60,549 nt of DNA from Alistipes sp. (GTDB lineage: Bacteria > Bacteroidota > Bacteroidia > Bacteroidales > Rikenellaceae), in the NCBI GenBank assembly GCA_045576755.1, contig JAZNHC010000159.1, forward strand, positions 1 to 60,549. The letters are read 5' to 3'. Numbering within the stretch: position 1 is the stretch's first letter; each line of letters begins with the position of its first letter. Below are positions 58,215 to 60,549 of the stretch, one piece after another. Made by a program: the position numbers and the translations under genes. Under the pieces are notes generated by a model. It worked only from the letters and a program-made list of their open reading frames with translations. It was not told where the DNA came from and searched no databases.

Positions 58215-58814
58215 CTAATCCTGCTTTTGTAACTCCTCGATTTGACGCAGCAGATCGTCTGCTGTACGGAGTGTGCGTTTGTGGATGCGCAAACCCACAA
58301 TTCCACCTATGATTCCGCCGAAAATACCACTTGCGCTAATCATCAACAAAGCGGTCATATCCTCGTTGGCAAGGTTTATATAGATTTCGTACTCCATCCA
58401 GCCAAACCACACTATCACCATCGGAATCGACCAATAGTGCCAATTCTTGTAGATCTTCTTCATTCGGGCAACCTCCTTATAGACCGTCACCAAATTTCCC
58501 GAAAAGATATCGCGCTTGTGGATGCGATAGTGGCTGATAATCATAGCAGCAAGGCAAATGGCAAAGAGTAGCGAAGTGGCGATGCAGAACGCCTCAGACA
58601 TCCCCACATTCTTAAAATTGAAATATCCCAACGGTATCATTACGAGGCACACAATACATATCCATACCGCGCTGTTGTTCAGTGCCGACAACTTGCGCGA
58701 CATCGCCTCCTTTATAAGGCGATCATTTACAATCTGCTGACCTTCAAGGCGTTTTTTCAGTATTGAGAGTTGCTCGCGCATTTCGTTCATCTCGTTCATT
58801 TCGATAATATTCAT
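58215..58814 (-). CDS. Four-TM membrane protein, putative anti-sigma factor
   Basis: 11 nt downstream of the ECF sigma; helical N-terminus + 4 TM. Confidence 0.65.
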   Translation of the reverse strand: MNIIEMNEMNEMREQLSILKKRLEGQQIVNDRLIKEAMSRKLSALNNSAVWICIVCLVMIPLGYFNFKNVGMSEAFCIATSLLFAICLAAMIISHYRIHKRDIFSGNLVTVYKEVARMKKIYKNWHYWSIPMVIVWFGWMEYEIYINLANEDMTALLMISASGIFGGIIGGIVGLRIHKRTLRTADDLLRQIEELQKQD

Positions 58815-58825
58815 AGCTTCAAGGG

Positions 58826-59308
58826 TTATTCGTTCGACATATTTTTAAGTTGCTCGCGTATGCGCACAAGGCGCACCGATACATTCTTGGCTGTGATGCC
58901 GACAATGGCACCAATCTCCTCGTAGGATAGATTCTCGAGCCACAACAAGATTATTGCGCGGTCAAAAACCCCTAACCTGCCGATGCGCTCTCGCAACATC
59001 TGCGCCTGACGACTGTCGTTGTCGGTATCAGAAAAGAGGTTGATGTTCATATCGAGATGCACCGCATCGGCACGACGACGCTTTTTGCGCTCTGCGCTGA
59101 TGCAGGTGTTGAGCGATACACGATATATCCACGAACGGACATTGCACTCACCCCGGAACGCCTCGAATCCGCGCCACAGCGCAATCAGAGCCTCTTGGAA
59201 GAGATCCTCTACCTCCTCCTTATCCTTGGAGAACATATAGCAGACTGTGTAGATGGTCGTCTTGTGCTCCCTCACAATTTGGGCAAACTCTTTTTCGGAA
59301 CCTTTCAT
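58826..59308 (-). CDS. ECF RNA polymerase sigma factor
   Basis: EDLFQE...LW, SWIYRV.LN, LSYEEI..I.G...V..RL.R. Confidence 0.92.
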   Translation of the reverse strand: MKGSEKEFAQIVREHKTTIYTVCYMFSKDKEEVEDLFQEALIALWRGFEAFRGECNVRSWIYRVSLNTCISAERKKRRRADAVHLDMNINLFSDTDNDSRQAQMLRERIGRLGVFDRAIILLWLENLSYEEIGAIVGITAKNVSVRLVRIREQLKNMSNE

Positions 59309-59353
59309 CTTTTCGTTTGAATTTATGTGGTTTTTCAACCGCCTCTTTGCTCA

Positions 59354-59383
59354 TTAGACGCAACTTACCACCACAAAACTACA
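59354..59383 (-). promoter_or_regulatory. Candidate ECF-type autoregulatory promoter
   Basis: Minus strand TGTAG-N18-CGTCTAA upstream of the sigma gene. Confidence 0.5.
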
Positions 59384-59433
59384 AAAAAATGCGAAAATTT
59401 TTGGGTTTGGGTTGTAAATCAAAAAATTATTTA

Positions 59434-59441
59434 TACCTTTG
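59434..59441 (+). promoter_or_regulatory. -7 promoter element of tRNA-Leu
   Basis: TACCTTTG(CACCGCT). Confidence 0.7.
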
Positions 59442-59475
59442 CACCGCTGAACCGCTCGAAAGAGCATCGGCAGAA

Positions 59476-59559
59476 GCCCAGATGGCGGAATCGGTAGACG
59501 CGCTGGTCTCAAACACCAGTAGGTTCACCCCTGTGCCGGTTCGACCCCGGCTCTGGGTA
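59476..59559 (+). tRNA. tRNA-Leu(CAA)
   Basis: Acceptor GCCCAGA/TCTGGGT; anticodon stem CTGGT/ACCAG with CAA; long variable arm; GGTTCGAC. Confidence 0.96.
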
Positions 59560-60052
59560 CTGAAGCGGGGAAAGTCGAAAGATTTTCCCCGTTTTCTTTT
59601 TTAGGATTTCGTAACTCATTGGTTTGCTGATATATTAGAGCAAGCACACTGTTAAGGTTTTCAGTTCGAAAAAAATTTCCATCAAACTCCAATTTTCCTG
59701 AGAAAATCGAACTTAACGCCCTGATTTTCGCCTCCGCAGGGGCATATTGAAAGAACCTATCTATATTGTCTATCAGACTCATAGAGTACTTCAACTGCTG
59801 TTCGACACGACCACGGTTCGGGGTTTCAAGCAACTCCCTTCTATCCTCGATAGACTTTAATTGTTGTTTCTGCCTGTTAATCATACGGTTATAGGCTTCT
59901 TTATCAATTTCGCCATCGAGGTACTTATCTTCAATCTTATTCATTCGCTCGTTGATTTCTCGTATCTCGCCGTCCAATTTATCAATCACGCTACGAATAT
60001 CACGAGCGTTCTCCTTTCGAAGGTCATTCAACACCTCGTAATATAATTGCAT
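59525..60052 (-). pseudogene. C-terminal fragment of a large serine recombinase reading into the tRNA-Leu 3' end
   Basis: Coiled coil + YLDGEID..Y motif; ends VPRAGVEPA (antisense tRNA); catalytic N-terminus absent; AT-richer than flanks. Confidence 0.7.
59566..59602 (+). terminator. tRNA-Leu terminator
   Basis: CGGGGAAAGTC-GAAA-GATTTTCCCCG-TTTTCTTTTTT. Confidence 0.8.
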
Positions 60053-60250
60053 TATCGCCTCAACGGAAATCCGACCCTCTCTCGACTTACCGAGGTGGCG
60101 GAGATATTGGGCGTTGAGGTTTCGGAGCTATTCAAGCCAGCCTCGACGCAAAAGGTTGTGAGCGGTTATTTGGAGTGTGATGGTCGCATCGTGAAGGTCG
60201 ATAGCCTCGATGCGGTTAAGCGTTTTATTACCGAGGTTGAAGCAAAATAA
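60047..60250 (+). pseudogene. N-terminally truncated XRE-family HTH regulator
   Basis: LNGNPTLSRL.EVAEILGVEVSELF corresponds to the late helices of XRE/Cro; the first helices are missing. Confidence 0.7.
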
Positions 60251-60251
60251 C

Positions 60252-60278
60252 AAGGGGTACCAGTATTGGGTACCCCTT
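60252..60278. terminator. Bidirectional terminator
   Basis: AAGGGGTACC-AGTATTG-GGTACCCCTT. Confidence 0.8.
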
Positions 60279-60296
60279 ATTTGGTAGATGATACTT

Positions 60297-60549
60297 CTAC
60301 GCCTGCTTTTTGTAGGTGAGGGCGGCGAGAGTGTTGAAGATGATGACGAAGATGCCAAGGGCGGCGTAGTTTGTCCACAGCTCGGCAATGGTGGTTCCCT
60401 TCAAATATACCGAGCGCAGAATCTCAACGAAGTACCGTGGAGGTAGTATGAGCGTGAAGTGTTGCGCCCACACAGGCATCGAATCAACGGGCGTGAGCAG
60501 GCCACTCATCAGCATAAAGGTCATAATAAAGAAGAACATTACGAACATC
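60297..60549 (-). CDS. ABC-2 transporter permease (YbhR-like), C-terminal part, truncated by the window edge
   Basis: LMSGL.TPVDSMP.WAQ....P.RYFVE..R.VYLKG. Confidence 0.85.
   Translation of the reverse strand, partial: MFVMFFFIMTFMLMSGLLTPVDSMPVWAQHFTLILPPRYFVEILRSVYLKGTTIAELWTNYAALGIFVIIFNTLAALTYKKQA

Overview
Chromosomal segment of a Bacteroidota bacterium, most consistent with Alistipes/Rikenellaceae. This rests on the TAnnTTTG -7 promoters, A-rich translation starts without Shine-Dalgarno sequences, and the bamD-rpoZ-coaBC-recN and exbB-hyp-exbD-exbD gene orders. Most of the window is housekeeping: lysC, asd, PBP1A, bamD, rpoZ, coaBC, recN, rpsT, murQ, exbBD, trxB, rnz, maf, tRNA-Glu and tRNA-Leu. 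Many single secreted hydrolases are interspersed among these genes. The strongest candidate for an uncharacterised system is a 9.6-kb, seven-gene operon (3331-12932). It encodes four type-V-pilin-like lipoproteins (fimbrillin/DUF4493) with a shared S/T-R processing motif, one of which also carries a PCMD domain, plus a further PCMD lipoprotein and two paralogous outer-membrane beta-barrels. Other leads are: a zinc-peptidase/beta-propeller/beta-barrel OMP coupled to PBP1A; a murK-DUF6259-murQ operon with a perfect palindromic operator; an orphan DUF4435 (AriB-like) gene; a BamD lacking a lipobox; a ~120-nt hairpin element before a ProX-family gene; a structured rpsT leader; a collapsed integrative element at tRNA-Leu; and apparent strong CATG avoidance. 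All family calls come from motif recognition by eye; no database searches were run.
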